DNA from: an uncultured Chloroflexia bacterium
Lineage (GTDB): Bacteria; Chloroflexota; Limnocylindria; Limnocylindrales; CSP1-4
Reading direction: 5' to 3'
Assembly (NCBI GenBank): GCA_963748625.1
Contig: CAVVJT010000004.1
Location: 512,001 to 576,000 of the forward strand
DNA: 64,000 nucleotides
The position numbers and the translations under genes are program-made. Under the pieces are notes generated by a model. The model was not told where the DNA came from, did not search any database, and saw only the letters and a list, made by a program, of their open reading frames with translations. The stretch's first letter is position 1; the number at the start of each line of letters is the position of its first letter. This document shows positions 1 to 8,164 of this stretch, piece by piece.

Positions 1-599
1 AGCACGTGCGACGAGAAGAACACCGTCCGGCCGGCTGCCCGCAGGTCGCCCAGGATGTCGTAGAAGGCGCGCTGCATCAGCGGGTCCAGGCCCTCGGATG
101 GCTCGTCGAGGATCGCGAGCTCCGGGTCGTGCTGGAGGGCCTGCACGATGCCGATCTTCTGGCGCATGCCGCGCGAGTAGTCGCGGATGGGCCGGCGCAG
201 GGTCCGATCCGGGAGCTCGAGCGCGTCGCACAGGGCTGCCCGTCGGACGGGCGCCTTCCCCGAGAGCGCCGCGAGGTCGTCGAGATGCCGGATCGCGGTC
301 AGGTTGTCGTCGAGCGCGATGCCGCCAGGCAGGTAGCCGATCCGTCCCCGGATGGCCACCGACGACTTGACGATGTCGAGCCCGAGGACCGTGGCCGAGC
401 CTGCCGTCGGGTGGAGGTGGCCCAGCAGCAGCCGGATGAACGTGCTCTTGCCGGCGCCGTTGGGGCCCAGGAAGCCGAAGATCTCGCCCGCACGCACCTC
501 GAGCGTGAGGTCGCTCAGGGCGTGGACGGAGCCGTAGTGCTTGGTGAGCCCGCGGGCGGCGATGGCAGGCGCGTTCGTGGAAGGGGTGTCGGCGGTCAC
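1..599 (-). CDS. ABC transporter ATP-binding protein (runs off the window edge)
   Basis: Manual translation from GTG 599: MTADTPSTNAPAIAARGLTKHYGSVHALSDLTLEVRAGEIFGFLGPNGAGKSTF. Walker A present, with signature YSRGMRQK and Walker B LDEP near the edge. Missing from the ORF track because it is open-ended. Confidence 0.9.
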   Translation of the reverse strand, partial: MTADTPSTNAPAIAARGLTKHYGSVHALSDLTLEVRAGEIFGFLGPNGAGKSTFIRLLLGHLHPTAGSATVLGLDIVKSSVAIRGRIGYLPGGIALDDNLTAIRHLDDLAALSGKAPVRRAALCDALELPDRTLRRPIRDYSRGMRQKIGIVQALQHDPELAILDEPSEGLDPLMQRAFYDILGDLRAAGRTVFFSSHV

Positions 600-601
600 G
601 G

Positions 602-1141
602 TCAGACGAATGCCCCCACGATCCAGCCGACCATGCGGGCGACCAGCACGATGCCCAGCCAGGCGAGACCCACGAACACCGCAACAAGGCCCAGCACGAA
701 CGCCCACTGGCCGCTCGTGTCCTCGCCCGGATCGAGCGCGTACCTGTGGAACAGCTCCAGGTTCATGCGGTTGCCCTTGAACCCGAAGTCAAGGATGTCG
801 CCCAGGAACGGGATCAGGCCGATCACGAAGTCCACGAACGTGTTGAGGATCATCCGGACCATGACGATGCCCGGCACCTTGAAGCGGGCCGCCTCGAGGA
901 CGATCCACGCGCCCACGGCGGCTGCGACCAGGTCGCCGACGACCGGGATCAGGCCGATGATCGGGTCAAGGCCGACGCGGCTGTTGGTGCCCGGCACGGT
1001 CACCAGGTCGTCGAGGACGTGCGCGACGGCGGCGATCCTGCGCTCGGCGGCGAGCACCGCGGCGGTGCGCCGGGGAGTGCGGGGGCCAAGGCCGGGATCG
1101 GGACCCTGGGCCTGTCGACCGCGGGCGCGGGGCGATTGCAT
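602..1141 (-). CDS. DUF4112 family membrane protein
   Basis: C-terminal part of ORF 602..2203: LDDLVTVPGTNSRVGLDPIIGLIPVVGD...IPFLGDILDFGFKGNRMN, a typical DUF4112 pattern. ATG at 1141. Confidence 0.85.
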   Translation of the reverse strand: MQSPRARGRQAQGPDPGLGPRTPRRTAAVLAAERRIAAVAHVLDDLVTVPGTNSRVGLDPIIGLIPVVGDLVAAAVGAWIVLEAARFKVPGIVMVRMILNTFVDFVIGLIPFLGDILDFGFKGNRMNLELFHRYALDPGEDTSGQWAFVLGLVAVFVGLAWLGIVLVARMVGWIVGAFV

Positions 1142-1198
1142 GGGGGGATCATCGCCTGAGTCGCACGGACGTGCCGCCTGAGAGTAGATTCCACGGCG

Positions 1199-1840
1199 AT
1201 GCTGTACCGCGCCGACCCCTGGCTCCATGTGATCGCCGGCTGCATGTCGTCGGGCAAGACCGACGAGCTGCTGCGCCTGCTCCGCCGTGCGGAGATCGCC
1301 AAGCGGCGGATCCTGCTCGTGCGCCCGGACGTGGACGACCGCACGCCCGGCGAGTACGCGGAGAGCCGCAGCAAGGCGCGCTTTCCGTCGGTGCTGGTCC
1401 CCAAGAGTGAGCCCGTGGGCATCCTGTCCCTGGCCCGGGAGCGGGACGTGGACCTCGTGGGCATCGAGGAGGCGCAGTTCTTCGACGCATCGCTCTCGAG
1501 CGTGGCGGACACGCTTCGCCAGAGCGGGCGGCACGTCATCGCCAGCGGCCTCAACACGGACTTCGCGGGGCGCCCGTTCGGCGCGATGCCCACGATGCTC
1601 GCGATGGCCGATCAGATCACGATGCTCACCGCGATCTGCGTGGTGTGCGGTGAGACGGCAACGCGCACCCAGCGCCTGGTCGGCGGCCGGCCGGCTGCCC
1701 TTGACGACCCGCTCATCGTGATCGGCGGCTTCGACGGCCGCGCAGTTGAAACGTACGAGGCCCGATGCCTGCGCCACCACGAGATCGCGCCAGCCCGATC
1801 GGCCCGCGGCGTGGTTGCCGAGGAGTCCTCTCTGGCCTGA
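1199..1840 (+). CDS. tdk: Thymidine kinase (type II)
   Basis: GCMSSGKTDEL P-loop, EEAQFF, GLNTDFAGRPF, Zn ligands CVVC and CLRH, lasso IGG...YEARC. Confidence 0.92.
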   Translation: MLYRADPWLHVIAGCMSSGKTDELLRLLRRAEIAKRRILLVRPDVDDRTPGEYAESRSKARFPSVLVPKSEPVGILSLARERDVDLVGIEEAQFFDASLSSVADTLRQSGRHVIASGLNTDFAGRPFGAMPTMLAMADQITMLTAICVVCGETATRTQRLVGGRPAALDDPLIVIGGFDGRAVETYEARCLRHHEIAPARSARGVVAEESSLA

Positions 1841-1888
1841 TCCCAGCTCGCCGCGGTGGCCCACCCCGCGGCGCCCGCCCAGCGGGCA

Positions 1889-2172
1889 CTGCGCGCAGAG
1901 TTCTGCACACCCCGCCCGCCCTGCGGCACGATTGGCCCGATTCCGGTCCTTCGGAGCCTCCTCTACCCGCCTGGCGGCACATCTTCGCGGGATCCTGCAC
2001 GCAGCGCCCGCCACGCGGCAGGCGGGCCGGGGTCGAGCGCGGGATCCTGCACGCAGAGCCCGCCACGCGGCAGGCGGGCCGGGGTCGAGCGTGGCCGGGG
2101 TCCAGGCCGGTGGCGCAGCCAACCCTGGCCGACGCCGGCAGCCGAGGTCGAGCGTGGCGGGGTCGAGCGTGG
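1889..2172. repeat. Degenerate 116-bp inverted-repeat element, a 52-bp tandem duplication of its right end, and short GGTCGAGCGTGGC repeats
   Basis: 1889-1906 CTGCGCGCAGAGTTCTGC vs revcomp of 1987-2004 CTGCGTGCAGGATCCCGC (13/18). Units 1987-2038 and 2039-2090 differ at one base. Confidence 0.7.
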
Positions 2173-2193
2173 CCGGCCCCGGCCGGCCAACAA

Positions 2194-2282
2194 CTGTCCA
2201 CAATTCGGGGCCGGGTCCCGCGAATCGTGGACAACTCCCCGCCCCAGCCGGCGAATCTCGTGGATAAGCCCGTTGTGGACCC
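2194..2282. promoter_or_regulatory. Cluster of DnaA-box-like 9-mers
   Basis: CTGTCCACA 2194-2202 (+). On the minus strand: TTGTCCACG 2226-2234, TTATCCACG 2259-2267, GGGTCCACA 2274-2282. Each is 1-2 mismatches from TT(A/G)TCCACA. Confidence 0.55.
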
Positions 2283-2302
2283 CTGGGCTGCGCCCATATG
2301 GT
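2275..2302 (+). promoter_or_regulatory. Putative sigma70-type promoter of the candidate ncRNA
   Basis: -10 TATGGT at 2297-2302, 7 nt before G2310, and GTGGAC at 2275-2280 as a weak -35. Same TANNNT-to-start geometry as many genes in the window. Confidence 0.5.
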
Positions 2303-2309
2303 TCGTCTT

Positions 2310-2492
2310 GCCCGAAGGGGCCGCTAGCACTGACACCGGACCGGGGAGCAATCGCCGGAACGGGTCACCGGACCCGCTACCACGTATGGCCGCAAGGCTG
2401 AATGAGGTGGCAGTGGACTGGAGCCGCGGCGACAGGGCCGAGCTTGCTCGGCCGTGTGGCAGGCGAGTTGGTGCGGTACGGTTCCTTCGGGC
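2310..2492 (+). ncRNA. Candidate structured ncRNA, 183 nt, 6S/Ms1-like size and end-paired architecture, family unassigned
   Basis: GCCCGAAGG (2310-2318) pairs with CCTTCGGGC (2484-2492), and GCACTGAC (2327-2334) pairs with GTTGGTGC (2467-2474). Three internal arms are capped by GCAA (2348-2351), GCAA (2392-2395) and G-CTTG-C (2443-2446). Followed by GCTTTCGT. Confidence 0.7.
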
Positions 2493-2537
2493 GCTTTCGT
2501 GTGCGCCGAAACCGCGAAACCCGCAGCTCCCGGAGCC

Positions 2538-3005
2538 ATGGCCAAGCTCTCGTCTGGACTCCTGCTCTACCGTCACGTCGGCGACGAGATCCAGGTCCTG
2601 ATCGCCCACCCGGGCGGACCGATCTGGTCACGCCGCGACCTCGGCGCGTGGTCCCTGCCCAAGGGCGCCATCGACGCCGGCGAGGTGCCGCTCGAGGCGG
2701 CGCGACGCGAGTTCCACGAGGAGACCGGCCACGAGGCGCCCGACGGCGAGGTGCTCGACCTGGGTGTGGTCAGGATGCGCTCGGGCAAGGTGGTGCACGG
2801 CTTCGCGATCGAGGGCGACCTTGACCCAGCCCAGTTGAGGAGCATGCGGGTCGACGTGGAGTGGCCGCCCCGGACCGGCCGCCTGCTCAACGTCCCCGAG
2901 ATCGACCGGGTGCTCTGGGCCAACCCCGCCGAGGCGCGCCGCCGGCTCAATCCCGCCCAGGCCTCGTTCGTGGATCGCCTCCTCGAGACCCTCGGGCGGC
3001 CATAG
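2538..3005 (+). CDS. NUDIX hydrolase
   Basis: MAKLSSGLLLYR...AHPGGP...WSLPKGAIDAGEVPLEAARREFHEETG Nudix box. ATG 2538 follows GGAG. Confidence 0.9.
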   Translation: MAKLSSGLLLYRHVGDEIQVLIAHPGGPIWSRRDLGAWSLPKGAIDAGEVPLEAARREFHEETGHEAPDGEVLDLGVVRMRSGKVVHGFAIEGDLDPAQLRSMRVDVEWPPRTGRLLNVPEIDRVLWANPAEARRRLNPAQASFVDRLLETLGRP

Positions 3006-3059
3006 GGTTCCAGGTCCGCGGCCAGCACGATCGCGCGAAGCACCGCACACTCTGCCCCG

Positions 3060-5882
3060 ATGACGTACGACGGCCGCCCCCTCGAACCAGCGCCCTCGCC
3101 AGCTCGCGGCCGCCGCAAGGCCCGCCGGGGCATCGGGCTTGCCGCCGTCATGGGCCTGCTCCTGTTCGGAGCCATGGCCCTGCTCGGCCTGACCGGCGCG
3201 GTGTTCGCCGTCACCACGTACACCTCGCTCACCCAGGGCCTCCCCGAGCCATCCAGTCTCGAGCGGATCGAGCTGCCCGAGCAGTCCGTCGTCTACGACC
3301 GGACCGGCACCGTGGAGCTCGCGCGCTTCGGCGAGTTCAACCGCAAGGTCGTCACGTTCGACCAGATCCCCGCGGTGCTCTCGGATGCCACCACGGCCAT
3401 CGAGGACCGCACGTTCTGGGAGAACGCCGGGTTCGACCCGGTCGCCATCGCGGCCGCCGGCCTGGACGCCATCCGCGGCCGCCCGCGCGGCGCCTCCACG
3501 ATCACCCAGCAGCTCGTCCGCCAGCGGCTGCTCACCACCGACGGGGTCGCCCAGACCGAGCTCACCGCAACCCGCAAGCTCAAGGAGATCGTCCAGTCGA
3601 TCCGCGTCACCCAGGCCTTCCCGGGCCCTGAGGGCAAGGAGCGGATCATCGCGGCCTACCTGAATCAGAACTACTACGGCAACGAGTCGTACGGCGTGGC
3701 CGCCGCCGCCCAGGCCTACTTCGGCGTCGAGCTCAAGGACCTCACCCTCGCCCAGGCCGCGATCCTGGCCGCGCTGCCCAAGGCGCCCTCGTCCTACGAC
3801 CTGGTCCAGAACGCCATCCTCGAATGCATCGACCCGGCCGCGGACGAGGAGACCTGTGAGACCCAGCTGGTCGTCCCGGCGGACACCACGATCGTCGCGC
3901 GGCGCAACCAGGTGCTCGCCGCGATGGCGCAGGGCAACACGCCGCTGACCGGTGACACGTTCACCCAGGCCGATTTCGACGCGGCCATGGCGGAGAACGT
4001 GGTGCTCGCCCCGCAGCGCACGAACCTCTGGAAGCTGCCGCAGTTCGTGTGGCAGGTGCGGCGCGAGCTGACCACCCGCCTGTGCGGCGAGGAGGTCGAG
4101 ACCTGCACCATCCTCGAGCGGGGCGGCCTCGCGATCACGAGCACCATCGACCTGCGCCTCCAGCGCCTGGCCGAGAAGTGGGTCAAGGCGGCGGCCATCG
4201 TCCCGCACGCCAAGGATCCTGAAGCGGCCGCCAAGGCACTCGGGCTCAAGTACCAGGACTGGATGCGGAACCTGGAGGACAAGAAACTCCGCAACGGTGC
4301 CTTGATCTCGATGGACTACGTCACCGGCGAGGTGCTCGCCTACCAGGGCTCCGCCGACCCGACGGCCACCAGGGCGACCAAGCGCTTCCAGCCCCGCTAT
4401 GACGTCCTCGCCGACGGCTGGCTCCAGCCCGGGTCCGCCTTCAAGCCGATCGTGTACGCCGCCGGCATCGACAACAAGACGATCACCGCGGGCACGATGT
4501 TCATGGACGTCGTCACGGACTTCGGTGGCGGCTACATCCCGACCGACGCGGACAACCTCGAGCGCGGTCCCGTGCGCGTGCGCGACGCCCTGCGCTTCTC
4601 GCTCAACATCCCGGCCGTCAAGGCGACCGAGGTGATCGGCAACGACACCATCGAGACCACCGCCGAGGCGATGGGCATCCGCTTCCGCGGCGGCGAGACC
4701 GATGCCGGCCTCACGCTGGGCCTTGGCGTGGAAGAGGTCCACCCCAAGGACCTGGTGCGCGCCTACGGCACGCTCGCCAACAAGGGCATCCTGGTCCCGC
4801 AGACCGTGATCATCAAGGTGGAGAGCAATGACGGGGCGGTCCTGATCGACGCGAGCACCAACCCCGACAAGGGCCAGCGGGCGCTCGACAACCAGACGGC
4901 GGGGATCGTCACCGACATCCTGGCCGGCAACACGGACCCCGACGAGAACCCGTACTGGGGCAAGTTCAGGGTCATGTCCGGCGGTGAGCGCAGGCCCGCC
5001 ACCCTCAAGACCGGCACCAACAACGACGCCAAGGACCTCAACGCCTACGGCTACATCGCAGCCCCGACCGAGCAGGGCCGCGCCGACGGCGAGTACGCCC
5101 TGGTCGTGGGCGCCTGGAACGGCAATTCCGACAACTCGTTCCTGAGCACCGCTGCCGACCCGCTGTTCTCGATCGACGTGACGACCTACGTCTGGGCGGG
5201 CTTCCTCAAGGATGCGACCAAGGGCTGGGCGATCAACGACTTCTCGCTCCCGGGCTCGCTGTCGGAGCGGGCGGTCGACCCGTGGACCGGCCTCGCGGCC
5301 GTCGGCGGCAAGCGCGTCAGCGAGTGGTTCCGGCCCGGCACCGAGCCCGCCGAGAACCTGCCCGCGGACCAGCGCTGCGGCACAGCCGTGCTGGGCACCG
5401 CCGGCTTCGAGGACGAGTACCCGGCGTGGATGGCCGCGAACGACGGCTGGATGCGGCGCGCCGCGAAGGGCCCCGGTGTCCGCGGAGGCCCCCAGCGCAC
5501 CGCCACGTCCTACTTCTACAACTTCGGCTTCAATCCGTACGGCAAGTCCTGGGGTCCCCTGATGGGCACGGGCGCCGGGTGCGCCGCGCCGTCCGAGAGC
5601 CCGTCGGTGGACCCGTGCGCCTCGTTTGATCCGCTCGCGTCGGTGGATCCGTCGGCCTCGCCGGTGGTCTGCCCGTCGCCCTCCGGGTCGCCGTCCGAGT
5701 CGCCGTCCGCATCCCCGTCCGAGGCACCAACGCCAGAGCCGACCATCGAGCCGACGCTGGAGCCGACCCTGCCGCCAACACCAGCGCCCACGCCGGAGCC
5801 GACGCTGCCCCCGACACCAGGTCCCACGCCGGAGCCGACGCCCGCACCGACTCCGCCCGTCGACCCCTCCGTGACCCCCTGA
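3060..5882 (+). CDS. Class A penicillin-binding protein (transglycosylase/transpeptidase) with a Pro/Thr/Ser-rich tail
   Basis: N-terminal TM helix. TG motifs EDRTFW, GASTITQQL, RKLKE, YLNQNYYG. TP motifs SAFK, SLN, KTGT. C-terminal EPT/PTP repeats. Confidence 0.93.
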   Translation: MTYDGRPLEPAPSPARGRRKARRGIGLAAVMGLLLFGAMALLGLTGAVFAVTTYTSLTQGLPEPSSLERIELPEQSVVYDRTGTVELARFGEFNRKVVTFDQIPAVLSDATTAIEDRTFWENAGFDPVAIAAAGLDAIRGRPRGASTITQQLVRQRLLTTDGVAQTELTATRKLKEIVQSIRVTQAFPGPEGKERIIAAYLNQNYYGNESYGVAAAAQAYFGVELKDLTLAQAAILAALPKAPSSYDLVQNAILECIDPAADEETCETQLVVPADTTIVARRNQVLAAMAQGNTPLTGDTFTQADFDAAMAENVVLAPQRTNLWKLPQFVWQVRRELTTRLCGEEVETCTILERGGLAITSTIDLRLQRLAEKWVKAAAIVPHAKDPEAAAKALGLKYQDWMRNLEDKKLRNGALISMDYVTGEVLAYQGSADPTATRATKRFQPRYDVLADGWLQPGSAFKPIVYAAGIDNKTITAGTMFMDVVTDFGGGYIPTDADNLERGPVRVRDALRFSLNIPAVKATEVIGNDTIETTAEAMGIRFRGGETDAGLTLGLGVEEVHPKDLVRAYGTLANKGILVPQTVIIKVESNDGAVLIDASTNPDKGQRALDNQTAGIVTDILAGNTDPDENPYWGKFRVMSGGERRPATLKTGTNNDAKDLNAYGYIAAPTEQGRADGEYALVVGAWNGNSDNSFLSTAADPLFSIDVTTYVWAGFLKDATKGWAINDFSLPGSLSERAVDPWTGLAAVGGKRVSEWFRPGTEPAENLPADQRCGTAVLGTAGFEDEYPAWMAANDGWMRRAAKGPGVRGGPQRTATSYFYNFGFNPYGKSWGPLMGTGAGCAAPSESPSVDPCASFDPLASVDPSASPVVCPSPSGSPSESPSASPSEAPTPEPTIEPTLEPTLPPTPAPTPEPTLPPTPGPTPEPTPAPTPPVDPSVTP

Positions 5883-5922
5883 CCAGATCCAACCGGGTCC
5901 ATTCCGCGAAGGGATGTTGACA

Positions 5923-7491
5923 ATGCATGACCTTGCCCCTCCCTCTGGTATCGAGCCGGTCGCACCCGGCGTCCCCACACGCGGCCAGGCAGCGCTCGCG
6001 GGTGCCGTCGCGGCCGGCGCGGCCCTGGCGGTCGGCGAGCTGGTTGCGGCGCTGCTTCCCGGCGCGCCAAGCCCCCTTGCCGCCGTGGGAGCCGTCGTCA
6101 TCGACGCCGCCCCGCCCGGGACCAAGGAGGTCGTGGTCGGCCTCTTCGGCACCGCCGACAAGCCCGCGCTGGCCATCGCGATCACTCTCGTCGTCCTCCT
6201 CATCGGCGCCGGGATCGGCATCGTGGCGCGGCGCAGCACACCCCTTGCCGCGGCAGGCGTCTTCGGCCTCGTCGCGGTGGGCGCCCTGGCTTCAATGCAA
6301 GATCCCACCGCGACCCTGACCACCGTGGTCCTGTCGGCGGCGCTCCAGGCCGGCATCGGCTTCCAGGCCCTCGTGGTGCTGCTGGGCTGGGCGGCGCCCG
6401 CGGGCGGACCCACCAGCGCGTCCCGTCGCCGCTTCCTCGCGGGGACCGGGGCGCTCGGCCTCGCTGCCGTGGCCGGCGGTGTGCTCGGACGGTGGCTCAC
6501 CGAGGGACGGGCTGAGGGTGCCGGAACTGCGGCCGTGACGATCCCAGGCTCCGTCGAGCCAGCGCCGAGCGTGGGCCCTGACGCCGCCTTCGCCCTCGCG
6601 GGCATCACACCCATCGTGACCCCGAACGACGACTTCTACCGCATCGACACCGCCCTCGTCGTGCCCACGGTCGATGTGGCCGAGTGGCGACTGCGCGTGC
6701 ACGGACTGGTGGACCAGGAGGTCTCCCTCTCCTTCGACGAGCTCGTGGCCCTTCCCCTCGTGGACCAGTTCGTGACCATCGCCTGCGTCAGCAACGAGGT
6801 CGGCGGCGACCTCATCGGCAACGCCAAGTGGACGGGCGTCCGCCTCACGGACGTGCTCGACATGGCCGGCGTCAAGCCCGAGGCCACCCAGGTGGTGCCG
6901 CGCTCGGTGGACGGCTGGGCCGCGGGCTTCCCCACAGCCTGGGTCACGGACCCCGGCCTCCCGCGCGACGCGCTGATCGCGGTCAAGATGAACGACGTCC
7001 CGCTCCCGGTGGCGCATGGCTTCCCCGCCCGCCTCATCGTCCCGGGCCTGTACGGCTACGTCTCCGCGACCAAGTGGCTCTCCGAGATCGAGCTGACCAC
7101 GTGGGAGGCCTTCGACTCCTACTGGGTCCCGCGAGGTTGGGCCAAGGAGGCGCCGATCCTGACCCAGTCCCGCATCGACACCCCGCGCAACGGGGCCACG
7201 TTCAAGGCGGGCACGGTCCCCCTGGGCGGTGTCGCATGGGCGCCCGACCGCGGCATCACCGGGGTGGAGGTCCGCGTGGACGATGGCCCGTGGCAGCCGG
7301 CCCGCCTCGCCGAGGCCATCGGCCCGCAGACCTGGGTCCAGTGGCGGTTCGACGCCACCCTCGATCCAGGGGCCCACAACCTCTACGTCCGTGCGACCGA
7401 CGGGACCGGCACCGTCCAGGAGGAGCGGCGGACCGCGCCGGCACCCGATGGAGCCCGCGGCTACCACGGGATCCTGGTGCAGGTCTCGTGA
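5923..7491 (+). CDS. Membrane-anchored molybdopterin-dependent oxidoreductase (sulfite oxidase family)
   Basis: Several N-terminal TM helices, internal SRRRFL twin-arginine motif, FYRIDTAL, Mo-ligand IACVSN, HGFPARLIVPGLYGYVSATKW. Confidence 0.9.
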   Translation: MHDLAPPSGIEPVAPGVPTRGQAALAGAVAAGAALAVGELVAALLPGAPSPLAAVGAVVIDAAPPGTKEVVVGLFGTADKPALAIAITLVVLLIGAGIGIVARRSTPLAAAGVFGLVAVGALASMQDPTATLTTVVLSAALQAGIGFQALVVLLGWAAPAGGPTSASRRRFLAGTGALGLAAVAGGVLGRWLTEGRAEGAGTAAVTIPGSVEPAPSVGPDAAFALAGITPIVTPNDDFYRIDTALVVPTVDVAEWRLRVHGLVDQEVSLSFDELVALPLVDQFVTIACVSNEVGGDLIGNAKWTGVRLTDVLDMAGVKPEATQVVPRSVDGWAAGFPTAWVTDPGLPRDALIAVKMNDVPLPVAHGFPARLIVPGLYGYVSATKWLSEIELTTWEAFDSYWVPRGWAKEAPILTQSRIDTPRNGATFKAGTVPLGGVAWAPDRGITGVEVRVDDGPWQPARLAEAIGPQTWVQWRFDATLDPGAHNLYVRATDGTGTVQEERRTAPAPDGARGYHGILVQVS

Positions 7492-7570
7492 GCGCAGCGG
7501 CCTCAGGGAGTCCTGTGGTCCCCGTGAGTGGGGCCGTCCCCGGCCGGGCTGCGGTACCCTCGGTCCCCTG

Positions 7571-8143
7571 ATGCCTCGACGACGCTTCCTCTTCGACATT
7601 CCCGACCGCTTCATCACCGGCACCGTCGGCCAGCCCGGCAACCGAGTCTTCTTCCTGCAGGCCAGGTCCGGCAACCGGATCGTGTCCGTCGCCCTGGAGA
7701 AGGTGCAGGTCGCGGCGCTGGTTGACCGCCTGGGTGACCTCCTCGATGAGCTGGTCCGGCGGGAGGTGGACGGATCCGAAGAGGTGCCGGGGGCCGTCGG
7801 CGACACGGGCTCGCTCGACGAGCCGGTGATCGAGGCGTTCCGGGCCGGCACGCTCTCGCTCGGCTGGGATCTCACCGACAACCTCGTGGTGCTCGAGGCG
7901 CGTGCATTCGACGAGGACGACGATGAGCCCGAGGCTGACGAGGAGCCGGTCGAGGACGACGACGAGGACGAGGACGGCCCGGACTTCCTGCGCGTGCGGC
8001 TCACCCCGGCCTACGCCCGCGAGTTCATCGCGCGGGCGCTGCGCGTGGTCGCCTCGGGCCGCCCGCCGTGTCCCCTGTGCGGCCAGCCGCTCGACCCGCA
8101 GGGCCATCTCTGCCCCAGGCGCAACGGGCACCTCCTGAACTAG
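7571..8143 (+). CDS. DUF3090 family protein
   Basis: FITGTVGQPGNRVFFLQAR...LEKVQV...GRPPCPLCGQPLDPQGHLCPRRNGH. ATG 7571. Confidence 0.9.
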   Translation: MPRRRFLFDIPDRFITGTVGQPGNRVFFLQARSGNRIVSVALEKVQVAALVDRLGDLLDELVRREVDGSEEVPGAVGDTGSLDEPVIEAFRAGTLSLGWDLTDNLVVLEARAFDEDDDEPEADEEPVEDDDEDEDGPDFLRVRLTPAYAREFIARALRVVASGRPPCPLCGQPLDPQGHLCPRRNGHLLN

Positions 8144-8164
8144 CCCCCGGAGGGCAGCGCGTCC

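Noticed and set aside
1987-2172. CRISPR array
   Set aside because: Only two contiguous 52-bp units with no unique spacers, and no cas genes.
2194-2282. oriC
   Set aside because: Only four imperfect boxes, no AT-rich unwinding element, and no dnaA, dnaN or rpmH nearby.
2310-2492. RNase P, tmRNA, SRP RNA or T-box identity for the structured RNA
   Set aside because: It lacks GAGGAAAGUCC, a tRNA-like acceptor/CCA end with tag ORF, the SRP domain IV motif and the T-box sequence.
5590-5880. Tandem repeats at the 3' end of the PBP gene
   Set aside because: They encode an ordinary Ser/Pro/Thr/Glu low-complexity tail.
2628-6614. 1328-aa minus-strand ORF and similar giant ORFs (e.g. 19948..22362, the N-terminal part of 34174..37686, 10081..10707)
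   Set aside because: Antisense or off-frame shadows of real genes in very GC-rich DNA, with no recognisable motifs.
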